A stretch of 55,338 nucleotides of DNA from a candidate division Zixibacteria bacterium SM1_73. GTDB lineage: Bacteria > Zixibacteria > MSB-5A5 > SM1-73. How positions within the stretch are numbered: position 1 is the first letter of the stretch; the number at the start of each line of letters is the position of its first letter. A program made the translations under genes and the position numbers. Shown here one piece after another: positions 19,327 to 29,186 of this stretch. A model generated the notes under the pieces. That model did not search any database, was not told the origin of the DNA, and saw only the letters and a list, made by a program, of their open reading frames with translations. The DNA lies in NCBI GenBank assembly GCA_001304225.1, contig LJVD01000016.1, forward strand, positions 1 through 55,338. The letters run 5' to 3'.

Positions 19327-21684
19327 CTAAGGCTCTATCTCGATCTTTTCTAAAAGCGTAGCCAATTTACCGTACGGAGCAAAATTAAAAAAGAGATGAT
19401 ACTTGAATTGAAGCGAGAGAGTAATTGCATTCTCTATGGCATGAGAATCGTCAAAAGGAATAGAAATGATATTAAAGCCATCCTTCAAGCTTGTTTTACG
19501 GACAGACTGTCCGTTGAGATAAATTTCGACTTCTTGACGATAGTCTCCATACCACCACGGATGAGAGAATTTAAAGGGCGAATAAAGATATAATCTTATC
19601 TTTGAGATATATTTTTTTCTCTTGTTAATTTCGATTTTCACTTGCTTAGCACAAACGTGCATACGCTTGTCTTTAATTTTTACTGTGGAGTTGACACCAG
19701 TCAAAAATACGATTCTTTTTTTTCTCTCTTGGACACTGTCCGGAGGAGAACATTTGATCCTTTTCTGCGTCTGTGCAATTTTTATCCCTTTATAACTTAA
19801 ATGAAATTCTAGAGGAAACGACTTCTCTCGGGGATAAGGCAATTGAATTTTGGTTCGCCCTTTTTCTAAAGGAAATTTTTTTATATAAGAGCTATATCCT
19901 GGGATTTCAGCATGGATCCAGTAATTGGATCCCTTTTTTTCTCCGATATTTTTAAAATCTATATTTAGAAACCCTTTTTGGAAATATTTTCGGGATATCT
20001 CAGGGTCAGGAAATGCTGAATGTACAGGCGCTAATAAGGATGCAGGACATATAGGCGTGTTAATATCATGAATGAGCAAATAATCTCCGAGATCAATTTT
20101 TTGATAATCCAAATGACACGCTTCTAAAAGTCTTGTAAAATGCAGGGCGCGTCTTCTTTCCACATCATTGAAAACGTAATTCTCCCCTGTTCCTAAATTC
20201 TCATACATTAATCGATAAGGGAAGTAGCGATTGACCGAATAAGAATCAGCTATTAGCTCTTCTCCAGAGAGGGCGGTGAAAAGGTATGCTGTCCAGAAAT
20301 TCCCTCTCCAGTAGCGGTTTCCTGTTTTTTTCATGGCTGTTAATGTCTGAAATCTTTGTCGATGACTTTTTTTTACTGCCTGAAGATCTTTTTGCACCTC
20401 CTTCAGATTAAGGCCAAAAAATAGCAATAGAAGGATTAGGCCCATAAGATAGTATTTGAATTTTGACCGAATAAGCCAAAAGACTCCTAGAATTAAGACT
20501 GGTAAACAGAAATAGAGGGGTAAAAGATACCTGACAAGATACATTTTGCTGAAGTGGGATATGAAATAAATGGGCAAGAATAACAGGAAGAAAAGGCTGT
20601 AGAGACTTTGTGGCTGTATCTTTTTGGCTTTGAATGAAGGATACAGCAAGGCGAAAAAACCCAGGAGAAAGAGGAAGAAATAAACATATCTGAGAGAATT
20701 TGGCGATTTGGAGAATAGTAGCAGACTCATTTTGATCGTTTTTTTGATCTGGATTCCTCCGGGAGCATATCCGTCCCCCGGCAAGAGGTATTTAAGCAAA
20801 TGAAATTTCCGAAGGATTTCGGCCATCAATAAAGGAAGGCATCCCATGATGATATAAAACAGTAAGGGCAGATATTTTTTCCACAGGGTGTTGATCTTAA
20901 AGGCCAATACCACCAGAGCTGCAAGGATAAAAAAAATACTGATTTGATGCGCCCAAAAGGTTATTCCCATAAGAAAGCCGAGAGCTGGCAGCAGATTTGT
21001 TTTGTTTTTAAGGCTAACCAAGTAGGATAAATAAAAAATTAAAGAGCCAAGAAAGAGAATCATGGGGTATGCATTAGCAATAAAAAAACATCCCAATATT
21101 CCCATGAATCCGATTGGCAGACAATAGAAGATGGATACCATTACAGCAAAAGCTAAAGAAAATATATTTTTAAGAAAATGAAACTGGATGGCTATAAAAG
21201 CGAGATAGAAGGCTAGAATAATCAACTCCATCAATAAATGACTGAAACCGAAAATGAGGATGATCAGGGCACTGAAATGAGAAAATAGGGAGCCTTGATA
21301 TAACTGGCCGTAAAAATATAAAGGCGGCAACTTTCCCTCAGCAATGTGTTTACTCATTAAAGTTGTTATTGCGTTATCACTATGAGTCAAGCCAGCGTGA
21401 TGCATCAAAAAGGGAATACGGACAGCAACTGCGAGAGCAATTAATAGTACTAAGAAAAAGATGCTTTTGCTGTCTTTGAGTATTACTCTAGCTTTTTTTC
21501 TCCTTATGTAGATGATGATTTTGATAATCGATGTAACAATTAGTCCCACCAAGGGTATCGCATAGCTGACAGGAATTGACTTCAATTGAGAAAAACTGCC
21601 CTTGAACCATAAAATCACTGTTCCTGCATAGAACAGCCAGAACAGTACATTCAATACTTTATAGGCATTTGAAGATATATGCAT
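19327..21684 (-). CDS. Multi-pass membrane protein, GT-C/PMT-ArnT-like glycosyltransferase with large C-terminal extracytoplasmic domain
   Basis: Many TM helices; SD.A...LMSKHIAEG..P.YFYGQ.YQGS loop, RY.LP, YW..Y motifs; low GC. Confidence 0.7.
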   Translation of the reverse strand: MHISSNAYKVLNVLFWLFYAGTVILWFKGSFSQLKSIPVSYAIPLVGLIVTSIIKIIIYIRRKKARVILKDSKSIFFLVLLIALAVAVRIPFLMHHAGLTHSDNAITTLMSKHIAEGKLPPLYFYGQLYQGSLFSHFSALIILIFGFSHLLMELIILAFYLAFIAIQFHFLKNIFSLAFAVMVSIFYCLPIGFMGILGCFFIANAYPMILFLGSLIFYLSYLVSLKNKTNLLPALGFLMGITFWAHQISIFFILAALVVLAFKINTLWKKYLPLLFYIIMGCLPLLMAEILRKFHLLKYLLPGDGYAPGGIQIKKTIKMSLLLFSKSPNSLRYVYFFLFLLGFFALLYPSFKAKKIQPQSLYSLFFLLFLPIYFISHFSKMYLVRYLLPLYFCLPVLILGVFWLIRSKFKYYLMGLILLLLFFGLNLKEVQKDLQAVKKSHRQRFQTLTAMKKTGNRYWRGNFWTAYLFTALSGEELIADSYSVNRYFPYRLMYENLGTGENYVFNDVERRRALHFTRLLEACHLDYQKIDLGDYLLIHDINTPICPASLLAPVHSAFPDPEISRKYFQKGFLNIDFKNIGEKKGSNYWIHAEIPGYSSYIKKFPLEKGRTKIQLPYPREKSFPLEFHLSYKGIKIAQTQKRIKCSPPDSVQERKKRIVFLTGVNSTVKIKDKRMHVCAKQVKIEINKRKKYISKIRLYLYSPFKFSHPWWYGDYRQEVEIYLNGQSVRKTSLKDGFNIISIPFDDSHAIENAITLSLQFKYHLFFNFAPYGKLATLLEKIEIEP

Positions 21685-21935
21685 TCAGCGAACTTTCTTC
21701 ACGCTTAAGATGAGTCGAAACGAGAATTTTCCCTAGGCATTTTCCGTTTATATCATCATCAGAATTTGATGTCAAACTTAGATCAACCGCTGATCAATCA
21801 TCATTCCCACAAGGTTATTTTCGGCTTCAACAAAATAGAATTCCAGTCCAATCATGCTTTTTTATGTCAACTTTTTCGAAATGGAGGATGTAAAATACAA
21901 GATTCAAATATAACATGCTGTGAGATAGACTTCCC

Positions 21936-22127
21936 TCATTTTTTCCTGTCTGCGTAAAGCTCTCCAGCAACCATATACTCCTTTGCTGAGAGCTCATGGA
22001 TCCAAACCCGGATAGATGTCAGTGGAACTCCCAGCGAATCGCGAACAGCTTCGGTCACTGCATCCAGAAGCGCTCGCTTTTGTTGATCCGTTCGCCCTTC
22101 CAACATGCGAATCTCCACCAGCGGCAT
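21936..22127 (-). CDS. 4-oxalocrotonate tautomerase family protein
   Basis: Catalytic Pro1 (MPLVEI), EGRT.QQK..L, IRVWIHE; RBS GGAGGA. Confidence 0.92.
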   Translation of the reverse strand: MPLVEIRMLEGRTDQQKRALLDAVTEAVRDSLGVPLTSIRVWIHELSAKEYMVAGELYADRKK

Positions 22128-22523
22128 ATCGTCCTCCTGTAAATTTTAATGATTCCTTTTATTTATAGGTTTTTCTCGTCCTATTAACAAGCTAAATCTT
22201 CTTTTTTAACAACTCTTCTTCTTCAGATGCTGAATTCAAAGTCTTCTCCAGCGCATCTGTCTTGTTGTCTTTCGCACCTCTATTTTATGAAATTTTGCTC
22301 GCCTTTATTGATCACGTCAGTCCCCCACTACCATTCTTAAAGATCACCTTACAAAGTCTGTTCCTTGGATCTTGTCCAATATGTACCAGTGCGTGGTCGA
22401 ATAGATATATTGAAAGGAAAGAAGAGAAACAAAGTTGGCTAAAAAATTGAAACAGAATGAGATGAGATGACTCAGATGATGCTCTTATATATAGAGATCG
22501 AGATTTAGTCACAGGAGGAAAGA

Positions 22524-23333
22524 ATGAAGAATAGAATCGGCGTATTCTTGATGGTCGGATTAATGGTCACAACCCTTTCCGTACATCCTTGGTCTAGTGA
22601 GGGACAATCGTGCCCAAAACTGGATTGTCAAAAAATAGTTCTTGAGTATGTCAAGGCACTTGAAAACCTCGATATCCGAACCATAGCCCGTCTCACGGGA
22701 CAGCAATACTCTGAAGAGCTTGAGTCTGAGGCCAAAAAAGAACTCGAAAGTCCCGAAGCCAAAGAACAACTTGCTCCTCTTCTTGAATTGCTCCGTTTAT
22801 TCCCCAAGATTGGAGAAGTTCCGGACTGGGTCACTAAGATAGCGCTGGAATATGAATACATCGAAGGAGATGATTTGATCGAGATGCATGGAGAGTTCGT
22901 TTTTACAGATGACAACTGGACCATTCAAGATCTCGAACCCCGTGGAGGTGAAAGCCTCGATGAGAAAAAGAAGAAAGAGTATGCCAGTGAAATATCATTG
23001 TCTCCACCTGAAGGTCAGAAGACTATAAATGCGGGATTGAACGAACTCGTAGCTAAGCTTATTTCTGCCATCAAGCAGAAGAGCTGGGACGATGCGGAGG
23101 AAACCGGTGCCCATCCTGATGATTGCGGCCTCCATCCGAGTGATCCGCCAGAGGAAAGGGAAAGAGCTCTTAAACTCCTTTCACAATTTCCTTCTATAGG
23201 TCCGATCCCCGCGCCAGCTAAGACGCTCAGTTTGGATCTGAAAGGCACTATCGACGGTAAGGAGGCTGAAGTCGGGATAGGATTCTGCTGGCCGGATAAT
23301 AATTTAGAAATACGTTATGTGTATTTTAAGTAA
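22524..23333 (+). CDS. Exported hypothetical protein with two tandem homologous (NTF2-like?) domains
   Basis: RBS GGAGGA, signal peptide; LLRLFPKIGEVP...F.FTDDNWTI repeated as LLSQFPSIGPIP...F.WPDNNLEI. Confidence 0.78.
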   Translation: MKNRIGVFLMVGLMVTTLSVHPWSSEGQSCPKLDCQKIVLEYVKALENLDIRTIARLTGQQYSEELESEAKKELESPEAKEQLAPLLELLRLFPKIGEVPDWVTKIALEYEYIEGDDLIEMHGEFVFTDDNWTIQDLEPRGGESLDEKKKKEYASEISLSPPEGQKTINAGLNELVAKLISAIKQKSWDDAEETGAHPDDCGLHPSDPPEERERALKLLSQFPSIGPIPAPAKTLSLDLKGTIDGKEAEVGIGFCWPDNNLEIRYVYFK

Positions 23334-23360
23334 GAAGGCAGGCAGGGGAGGTGAAAGACC

Positions 23361-24233
23361 ATGAATAATATTATACAGAGAATGAAATGGGGGAAACTTA
23401 TCTTATTTTTTCTTATCTTTTTTGTTGTATGGAACATGTTCCTCTTCTATGAAGCATCGGGCAAGGATAGCCTCTCAGGTCAAGAAAAAGATATCAAGAG
23501 TGCCCTTGAAACTGTAGAAGATATGAGGGCGGAAATTCAGCAGGCTCATTTAAAGCTCGCCAAGGCAAAAGAAGGCGATGATCTTTCGATCTATACAGTG
23601 ACCGTGAAGAGCATGCCCAACTTGATGCGTCAATTTCAATCCTTATCGGAATGCATCAAGAATATTCAGCGGGGCCTCGAAGCGTCCTCTGAGATGCAGA
23701 ATCTTTCCTCTGATCTTCTCAAGATGGAAAACGTCCTGAAAGAGTTGGATCGTGTGTCGAAGCTGAACCTCAAATCTGCATCCCAAGATCAGCTCAACAA
23801 ATTATCTCTTGCTTTAGACGCATTGGAACAGGATCTGTCGGAGACAGAAAAATTTGTCGTTCGATCTAGGGTAAAGGATCTCAAGAAATCCCTCCAGGGA
23901 GATTTGCAAGACATGGAAGAAGAAGTGAAGGACGCTTTTGACAGGCTCGCCAAAGCCCAAGAAGGCGACGATCTCTATGAGATCTGTCTGACAAGAAAGA
24001 ATCTTCCCAACTTAAAGAAGAACTATGATTCTTTGTCGCAGAAAGTCAAGGAAGCAGAAGAGAATTTTACATCTTCTCAAGAGATCCAAACGCTCTCCTC
24101 TGATATCTCGAAGATCGGGACCATCCTCCAGGAGCTTGAGCGTGTGGGTAAGGCCAATCTCAAAGCCGATTCCGAGGCTCAGCTAAAAAAGCTGGCTGAC
24201 AGATTGACAGTCTTCCGATCGAGGATTATATAG
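23361..24233 (+). CDS. Exported/membrane-anchored all-helical protein with two tandem ~130-aa repeats
   Basis: RBS GGAGGT; LAKAKEGDDL...MPNL...SSEMQNLSSD...ELDRV.K.NLK repeated as LAKAQEGDDL...LPNL...SQEIQTLSSD...ELERV.K.NLK. Confidence 0.8.
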   Translation: MNNIIQRMKWGKLILFFLIFFVVWNMFLFYEASGKDSLSGQEKDIKSALETVEDMRAEIQQAHLKLAKAKEGDDLSIYTVTVKSMPNLMRQFQSLSECIKNIQRGLEASSEMQNLSSDLLKMENVLKELDRVSKLNLKSASQDQLNKLSLALDALEQDLSETEKFVVRSRVKDLKKSLQGDLQDMEEEVKDAFDRLAKAQEGDDLYEICLTRKNLPNLKKNYDSLSQKVKEAEENFTSSQEIQTLSSDISKIGTILQELERVGKANLKADSEAQLKKLADRLTVFRSRII

Positions 24234-24364
24234 ACACTCTTTCCCAGGATAAAATCACCCCTTGATTCATCCTTAAGGGCGATTGACGCTCTGAGGACCC
24301 CATTGCATATTTTTATACTGGCATGATTAAAGGAGAAGTGCAGGAACTCAAGGCAGGTATAAAA

Positions 24365-25105
24365 ATGGCAAAAATATTGCTGGTGGAAGATGATCCTGTC
24401 TCTGTAGCCATAGTTAAAAACAGACTCAAAGAAAAGAAATATCAGGTCATTGTGGCTCTCAGCGGAGAAGAGGGGATCAAACTTGCCCGGGAGCACAAGC
24501 CAGACTTGATCCTGATGGATATGTTGCTTCCTGGAATGCATGGGCTGGAAGCCACCATACAATTAAAAAAGGATCCAGAAACCAAGGACATCCCAATTTT
24601 TGCTGTGACTGCGATGAACTTACCCGAGTTCGAGGAGGCCTGTTACCAGGATGGAATTTGTGTGTTCATTAAAAAACCCTATGATTTCAAAGAGCTTCTG
24701 AATCGCATTGAACAATACACCGTGCGAAAAAAAGCGAAAAGGAAGATCTTAATCATAAATGATGATCCAGCTCTTGTGACTTTGATGGCGAGATATTTGA
24801 AGGAATACGGCTATGTGTTGATATCTGCACCCTCAAGGATGGTCAATGTAAATCACGTAACGAAGTTAAAGCCTGATGTGATTCTTCTTGATATCGGGTT
24901 GATCGAGGATTGGGGCGTTGCGATCTTTGAGATATTGAGAAAATCTAACAGTACAAAGTCCATTCCTATCATTCTCATGGCATCTCAATTATCATCTAAG
25001 GAGCTCAAAAATATGGCCGCACAACTGGGAGCTGAAGGCTATCTCCCTCATCTGTTTGAATTCAATGAAGTCGACCGCAAAATAAGAAAAGTCTCAGAAA
25101 AATAA
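24365..25105 (+). CDS. Response regulator with two receiver domains and no output domain
   Basis: REC1 is canonical (EDD, LMD, TA, KP). REC2 keeps DD and LLD but the conserved Lys-Pro is replaced (YLPHL). Start may be 24323. Confidence 0.88.
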   Translation: MAKILLVEDDPVSVAIVKNRLKEKKYQVIVALSGEEGIKLAREHKPDLILMDMLLPGMHGLEATIQLKKDPETKDIPIFAVTAMNLPEFEEACYQDGICVFIKKPYDFKELLNRIEQYTVRKKAKRKILIINDDPALVTLMARYLKEYGYVLISAPSRMVNVNHVTKLKPDVILLDIGLIEDWGVAIFEILRKSNSTKSIPIILMASQLSSKELKNMAAQLGAEGYLPHLFEFNEVDRKIRKVSEK

Positions 25106-25243
25106 CCTTTTTTATTCTTTTCTTGTTTCTTAAGCTTTGACGATTATATAATGAATGGACAAACCGCACTTTTGCTCATGAAGAAGGAGTGAGATGCATC
25201 GGGTCTCAGCGATACAAAATGAGGAATGTAAAGGGGAAATTCA

Positions 25244-25615
25244 ATGAGGATAAAAGGATTTTTGGTCATTCTTCTTTTAGTCGTGATCGTGGTTTTCTTT
25301 CTCTTTGTGTCTAAACGAGGAGACAAGTCTCAGTTACAGGAGCAGGTCAAGGCTTTCAGCGAAGTCAGAGAGAAAACCACTCGGACAAACTTGACCTCTC
25401 TTGAAAGAGCGATTGATTTTTTCATCGCTCAAAATGGACGGACACCGAATGACCTCAAAGAAGTCCAAACCTTTAATCGTTCAATCTATGTCGAATCTGA
25501 TGCTTGGGGGAATCCAGTAAAATACGAAAGACTGTCAGACTCCAACTTTCGCCTCATTTCTGCAGGAAAAGATAAGACCTTTGGGACAGAGGATGACATT
25601 GTCATAAAGAATTGA
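25244..25615 (+). CDS. GspG/T2SSG-like pseudopilin
   Basis: MRIKG|FLVILLL prepilin-like leader and hydrophobic helix; P.DL, DAWGNP..Y, SAG.D..FGT.DDI. Confidence 0.82.
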   Translation: MRIKGFLVILLLVVIVVFFLFVSKRGDKSQLQEQVKAFSEVREKTTRTNLTSLERAIDFFIAQNGRTPNDLKEVQTFNRSIYVESDAWGNPVKYERLSDSNFRLISAGKDKTFGTEDDIVIKN

Positions 25616-25621
25616 AAAAGA

Positions 25622-26158
25622 ATGAGCGTTCAACAGATTATCTTTGGGCTTCTCGAATTTCTTGTTTCGATTCTTATCAGTTTTGTCTTGATCTTCGGCA
25701 GCTATCGTTTACTGCTTGTCTTGTCGCCTCGGTTCGATGAGGAACGGCAGCTTAAGAAAAAGAACATCTCGGTTGGGATAGTGCTGGGAGGCATCCTTCT
25801 GGGAGAGGCTGTAGTAGTCAAACAGGCACTTTACCCGGTTATGGCTGTGATCCAGCTTTTTGTTATCGGACAGGAGAAAAACTTCGGAAACTTTGCCATG
25901 GCGTTGTTGTACAGCCTGGGTTATGTTCTTATTGCGGGAGTACTGGCTATCGCTTGCATATTCTTCAGTTTTTGGATGTTCAATAGATTAACCCCTCGGA
26001 TCAATCAGTACCAGGAGATCCAGGACAACAACATAGCCATCGCTCTTTTTATGGCTTTATTCATCATCGCGATTTGCCTGCTGATGAGCTCAGGAGTATC
26101 GGGTCTTGTGCGCGCTCTCATCCCCTTCCCAGAGATTGGATCGGTTCCTCTTGAATGA
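25622..26158 (+). CDS. DUF350-family membrane protein
   Basis: Two repeats of P..DE..QL.K.NI.VGI / P.INQ.QEI.DNNIAIAL, each flanked by TM helices. Confidence 0.8.
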   Translation: MSVQQIIFGLLEFLVSILISFVLIFGSYRLLLVLSPRFDEERQLKKKNISVGIVLGGILLGEAVVVKQALYPVMAVIQLFVIGQEKNFGNFAMALLYSLGYVLIAGVLAIACIFFSFWMFNRLTPRINQYQEIQDNNIAIALFMALFIIAICLLMSSGVSGLVRALIPFPEIGSVPLE

Positions 26159-26165
26159 ATCCAGG

Positions 26166-27266
26166 ATGAAAACGCCGTTTCTCCCCTTTTTTTCAGTCCT
26201 CTTTCTTATATGTGGACTCATCTATCTTTCATGGTCTACTCCAGGTAACTCTGATGGCAAATCTTTTGCCGTTTCGAATAATAGTCAAGAGAGTGCTGCC
26301 GGTCAGGATTCCCAGCCTTTTATGAAAACCGAGAATCCAGAGAGCTACAGTCTCGAATATGGATGGAGAGATTTTGATGGGAAATCGCATAGAATCACCT
26401 TCGATCTCTCTAAGGCTCAACTGCAACAAGCAGAGAGTGAATTCGGATATTATCCGGAAGACCTTAGAAAATACTTGGATGATCATCTCGAGGTATCCAG
26501 AGGGAGAATGGTTCAGGACCTGAGAAAGTTTACCCAGGAGATGATCGATAAAAGCAAATATTCTGAGTACATTTCCATAGTGGAGGCCACATCAAAAAGT
26601 TTCGATCTGAAGCTTTCGGCCCCTTCTGGTCTCCACAAAAAAGTCAAGGGAGAGTTCGAAAAAATAAGATCAAAATTAGCCAAGGAACAGGCTAAACTTT
26701 TGAAAAAAATAGAGAAAATCCAAGAAGAAGAAAAAATGCGGTTTTTGGAAAGCAAGGGTATCCGGAAGTTCAGCGGAAAACTTGGTGTGGATTATAGTCT
26801 GTGTGTAAAAAACAATCAGGCCAGAGTCAGACATATTCTGGAAATTATGAGGGACGAGAACAAAGATCTGTCTCTCCGTCATTTTTTGGGCCTTTTGCTG
26901 TCCTTTATCCAAGAAATCCGGTATTATGTTCCTCCTTTTTCGGAAAAAGGAAAAATCATCATGGAATTTTGGGTGCCTCCAAGAGTTCTCGTGGAAAATT
27001 TTGGGGATTGTGACTCGAACGGAGTCACCTTTGCCGCTCTGTGGAAGAATTTCAAGAAGTATCCCCTGCTTCTCATAAGGATTCCCAAACATTTTCTGGT
27101 TGGATTGGCCATTCCTCCAATCAGCGAGCAGTATTTGGTATTGAAGGGACTGAGGTATACTCTCTGTGAGGTCTCAGTCCCGGAAAAGCTGCCGCCGGGC
27201 ATGATAGGACGCTACAGTCAGATTTGCCTTCAAAACGGCCAGTTTGTGTATGACCTGATTCGATAA
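26166..27266 (+). CDS. Membrane-anchored transglutaminase-like cysteine protein
   Basis: N-terminal TM; FIQEIRY...PP..L...GDCDS...IPKHFLVG...YTLCE gives a Cys-His-Glu triad pattern. In-frame ATG at 26166. Confidence 0.72.
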   Translation: MKTPFLPFFSVLFLICGLIYLSWSTPGNSDGKSFAVSNNSQESAAGQDSQPFMKTENPESYSLEYGWRDFDGKSHRITFDLSKAQLQQAESEFGYYPEDLRKYLDDHLEVSRGRMVQDLRKFTQEMIDKSKYSEYISIVEATSKSFDLKLSAPSGLHKKVKGEFEKIRSKLAKEQAKLLKKIEKIQEEEKMRFLESKGIRKFSGKLGVDYSLCVKNNQARVRHILEIMRDENKDLSLRHFLGLLLSFIQEIRYYVPPFSEKGKIIMEFWVPPRVLVENFGDCDSNGVTFAALWKNFKKYPLLLIRIPKHFLVGLAIPPISEQYLVLKGLRYTLCEVSVPEKLPPGMIGRYSQICLQNGQFVYDLIR

Positions 27267-27270
27267 AACT

Positions 27271-27648
27271 TTATCTTTTTCTAGGGGAGAGCAGTCTGTA
27301 TATTAATTTTCTCCAAAAGCTGACTTTGTCTGCTGTGTCTTCAATGACCAATTTTTCCGTGGATCTACGGAAAAAGGCTTTCTCTTTGTATCCCTCTTTA
27401 CTCTCGAACATTTTAAGATCGTATAATTTTCTCCTATGAGAATCTCTGAGCGTATCATACGCTTCATCAATCCGGTCTAAGATGGCTTTTCTCTCTTCCT
27501 CTGAGATGAGGCTGTAATGAGCGATCGAGTCCTTCTGATAGGTGGCTTTGCAAAGATGATAGGCTCTTTCGACTTCCTGGAGGGATGCACTTCTTCTGAC
27601 ATTCAGAAGCTCGTAGTAATCCATTTCCTCGACATTTTTGATCTTCAT
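27271..27648 (-). CDS. J-domain-like protein lacking HPD
   Basis: DYYELLNV...AS..EV..AY...(Y)QKD...I.EAY.TL.D...R..YD. Confidence 0.78.
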   Translation of the reverse strand: MKIKNVEEMDYYELLNVRRSASLQEVERAYHLCKATYQKDSIAHYSLISEEERKAILDRIDEAYDTLRDSHRRKLYDLKMFESKEGYKEKAFFRRSTEKLVIEDTADKVSFWRKLIYRLLSPRKR

Positions 27649-27672
27649 GATGTTAACTGCTGGTTGAAGGGA

Positions 27673-28623
27673 TTAATTTTCTCTGTACGCGAGCTTGTTC
27701 ACGATGGATCTAAAGGAAAGAGAAACCTCAGAATCTGGATAGGTACTTAAAAAAGGCGTCATGTTTCTTAAACTGAGGTGGACTCTCTCATCATAGGGTA
27801 TGGCTCCTAAGAAGTCGAGGTCCACAATCAGATATTTTTTGACCACATCGACGATCGATTGTCCCAGGAGAAAATCCCTCTCGTTTCTTGCTTTATTGAT
27901 TATCAGGCAAGGCCTAAATTTTTTCAGGGCCTTGTATAAAATATGGGCATAGTTTTTATCATGAGATATTATCTCATTCAAAAAGCTGTAGATGGATTTT
28001 GAATTGTCCTTGATGTGGGAGCTGATTTTGTTCACCAAGTCTTGAATATTGTAGAAATCTGTGTAAAGTTTGAGGATCCTGATGATGCAGGATTTCAAAA
28101 AGTAATAGGCGTTCTCAATAGAGGTTGGCTCTGGATTTACAACGAGAATCCCTGGATTAGATAAAAGGAAGAAATCAACACAGTTGTAGGACGCTCCAGT
28201 ACCGATATCGACAATGACTCTTTTGGCATCGAATGTCTTGATGTGCCTGATCAGCTTCAGTTTTTTGTAATAGTTCAGATTTGCCATAAAGATGAGGTTT
28301 TCAGTTCCTTTAATCAGCTTAAGTCCTTTAAAAGGAGTAAGGATGACAGTATCCTTGAGATTAGGCACTTTGTTCGATATGAAATCTCCCAAGTCAAGAT
28401 TTGTCTCTTTCATGCCCAGGAAGGTATGGAGGTTAGGGCCTCCCAGATCTGCATCGATCAACGCTACATCATTCTCTAGATCTGCAAGATGAACAGCGAG
28501 GCTGGCAGAAATGAAGCTCTTTCCTGTGCCTCCCTTTCCTCCTCCGACAGCCCAAATAGTCTTATCACTTCCCTTGTGTATGGAGAGGTGGGGGATCATT
28601 CTTTCTGCATTCGTTTGAAACAT
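27673..28623 (-). CDS. MinD/FlhG-like deviant Walker A ATPase
   Basis: GGKGGTGKS, DADLGGPNLH, DIGTG, PEPTSIENAY, IINK, IPYD. Confidence 0.9.
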   Translation of the reverse strand: MFQTNAERMIPHLSIHKGSDKTIWAVGGGKGGTGKSFISASLAVHLADLENDVALIDADLGGPNLHTFLGMKETNLDLGDFISNKVPNLKDTVILTPFKGLKLIKGTENLIFMANLNYYKKLKLIRHIKTFDAKRVIVDIGTGASYNCVDFFLLSNPGILVVNPEPTSIENAYYFLKSCIIRILKLYTDFYNIQDLVNKISSHIKDNSKSIYSFLNEIISHDKNYAHILYKALKKFRPCLIINKARNERDFLLGQSIVDVVKKYLIVDLDFLGAIPYDERVHLSLRNMTPFLSTYPDSEVSLSFRSIVNKLAYREN

Positions 28624-28833
28624 CTTATATGGGCCACAGTTAAGAGTATTTCGGCCTCATGATTTTGAGGAATTCACATTTTAGCACAGAAGAAAGACGA
28701 ATGAAAAGATAGAAAAAATATAAAAAAAAATTAATATGGAATTATTCATTGATATTGAATTACTCCGCGAATTCTGATATTTTACATGTTTATACAGAGA
28801 ATACGAGAATAAGAACCAAGGAGAACAGTTTAT

Positions 28834-29181
28834 TTGAAAGATTACGGTGAAATCGATAGCAAATTCAGGTATGTCATTTTAGCTTCGATGAGAGCGAAAC
28901 AGCTTCTGAGGGGCGCGAAACCTCTGATAAAATCAAAGTCAAAAAATCTAATCAGGATTGCCCAGGAAGAGGTTAAACAAGGTCTTATTGATTACGAGAT
29001 TGTCAAGTCCTCTCCCGAGGAGACTCCATCAGTTGAGGAAGAAACATTTATAGGGGAGGAAATTGAAGAAGAAAAGGGAGAAGAACTGGCAAAACAAGAA
29101 GAGCCAGAAAAAATAGAGGAATCCCCGGAGCAGAAAGAAAAAGGGGCCCAGAAAAAGCCAAAGAAATCCAGTAAGAAATAG
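28834..29181 (+). CDS. rpoZ: RNA polymerase omega subunit with acidic/lysine-rich tail
   Basis: IDSKFRYVILASMRAKQL..GA.P...IAQEE; TTG start after AGGAG. Confidence 0.9.
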   Translation: MKDYGEIDSKFRYVILASMRAKQLLRGAKPLIKSKSKNLIRIAQEEVKQGLIDYEIVKSSPEETPSVEEETFIGEEIEEEKGEELAKQEEPEKIEESPEQKEKGAQKKPKKSSKK

Positions 29182-29186
29182 ATATT

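Noticed and set aside
22190-22290. Short minus-strand reading frame (GAKDNKTDALEKTLNSASEEEELLKKKI*)
   Set aside because: No convincing start or homology; possibly a remnant but unsupported.
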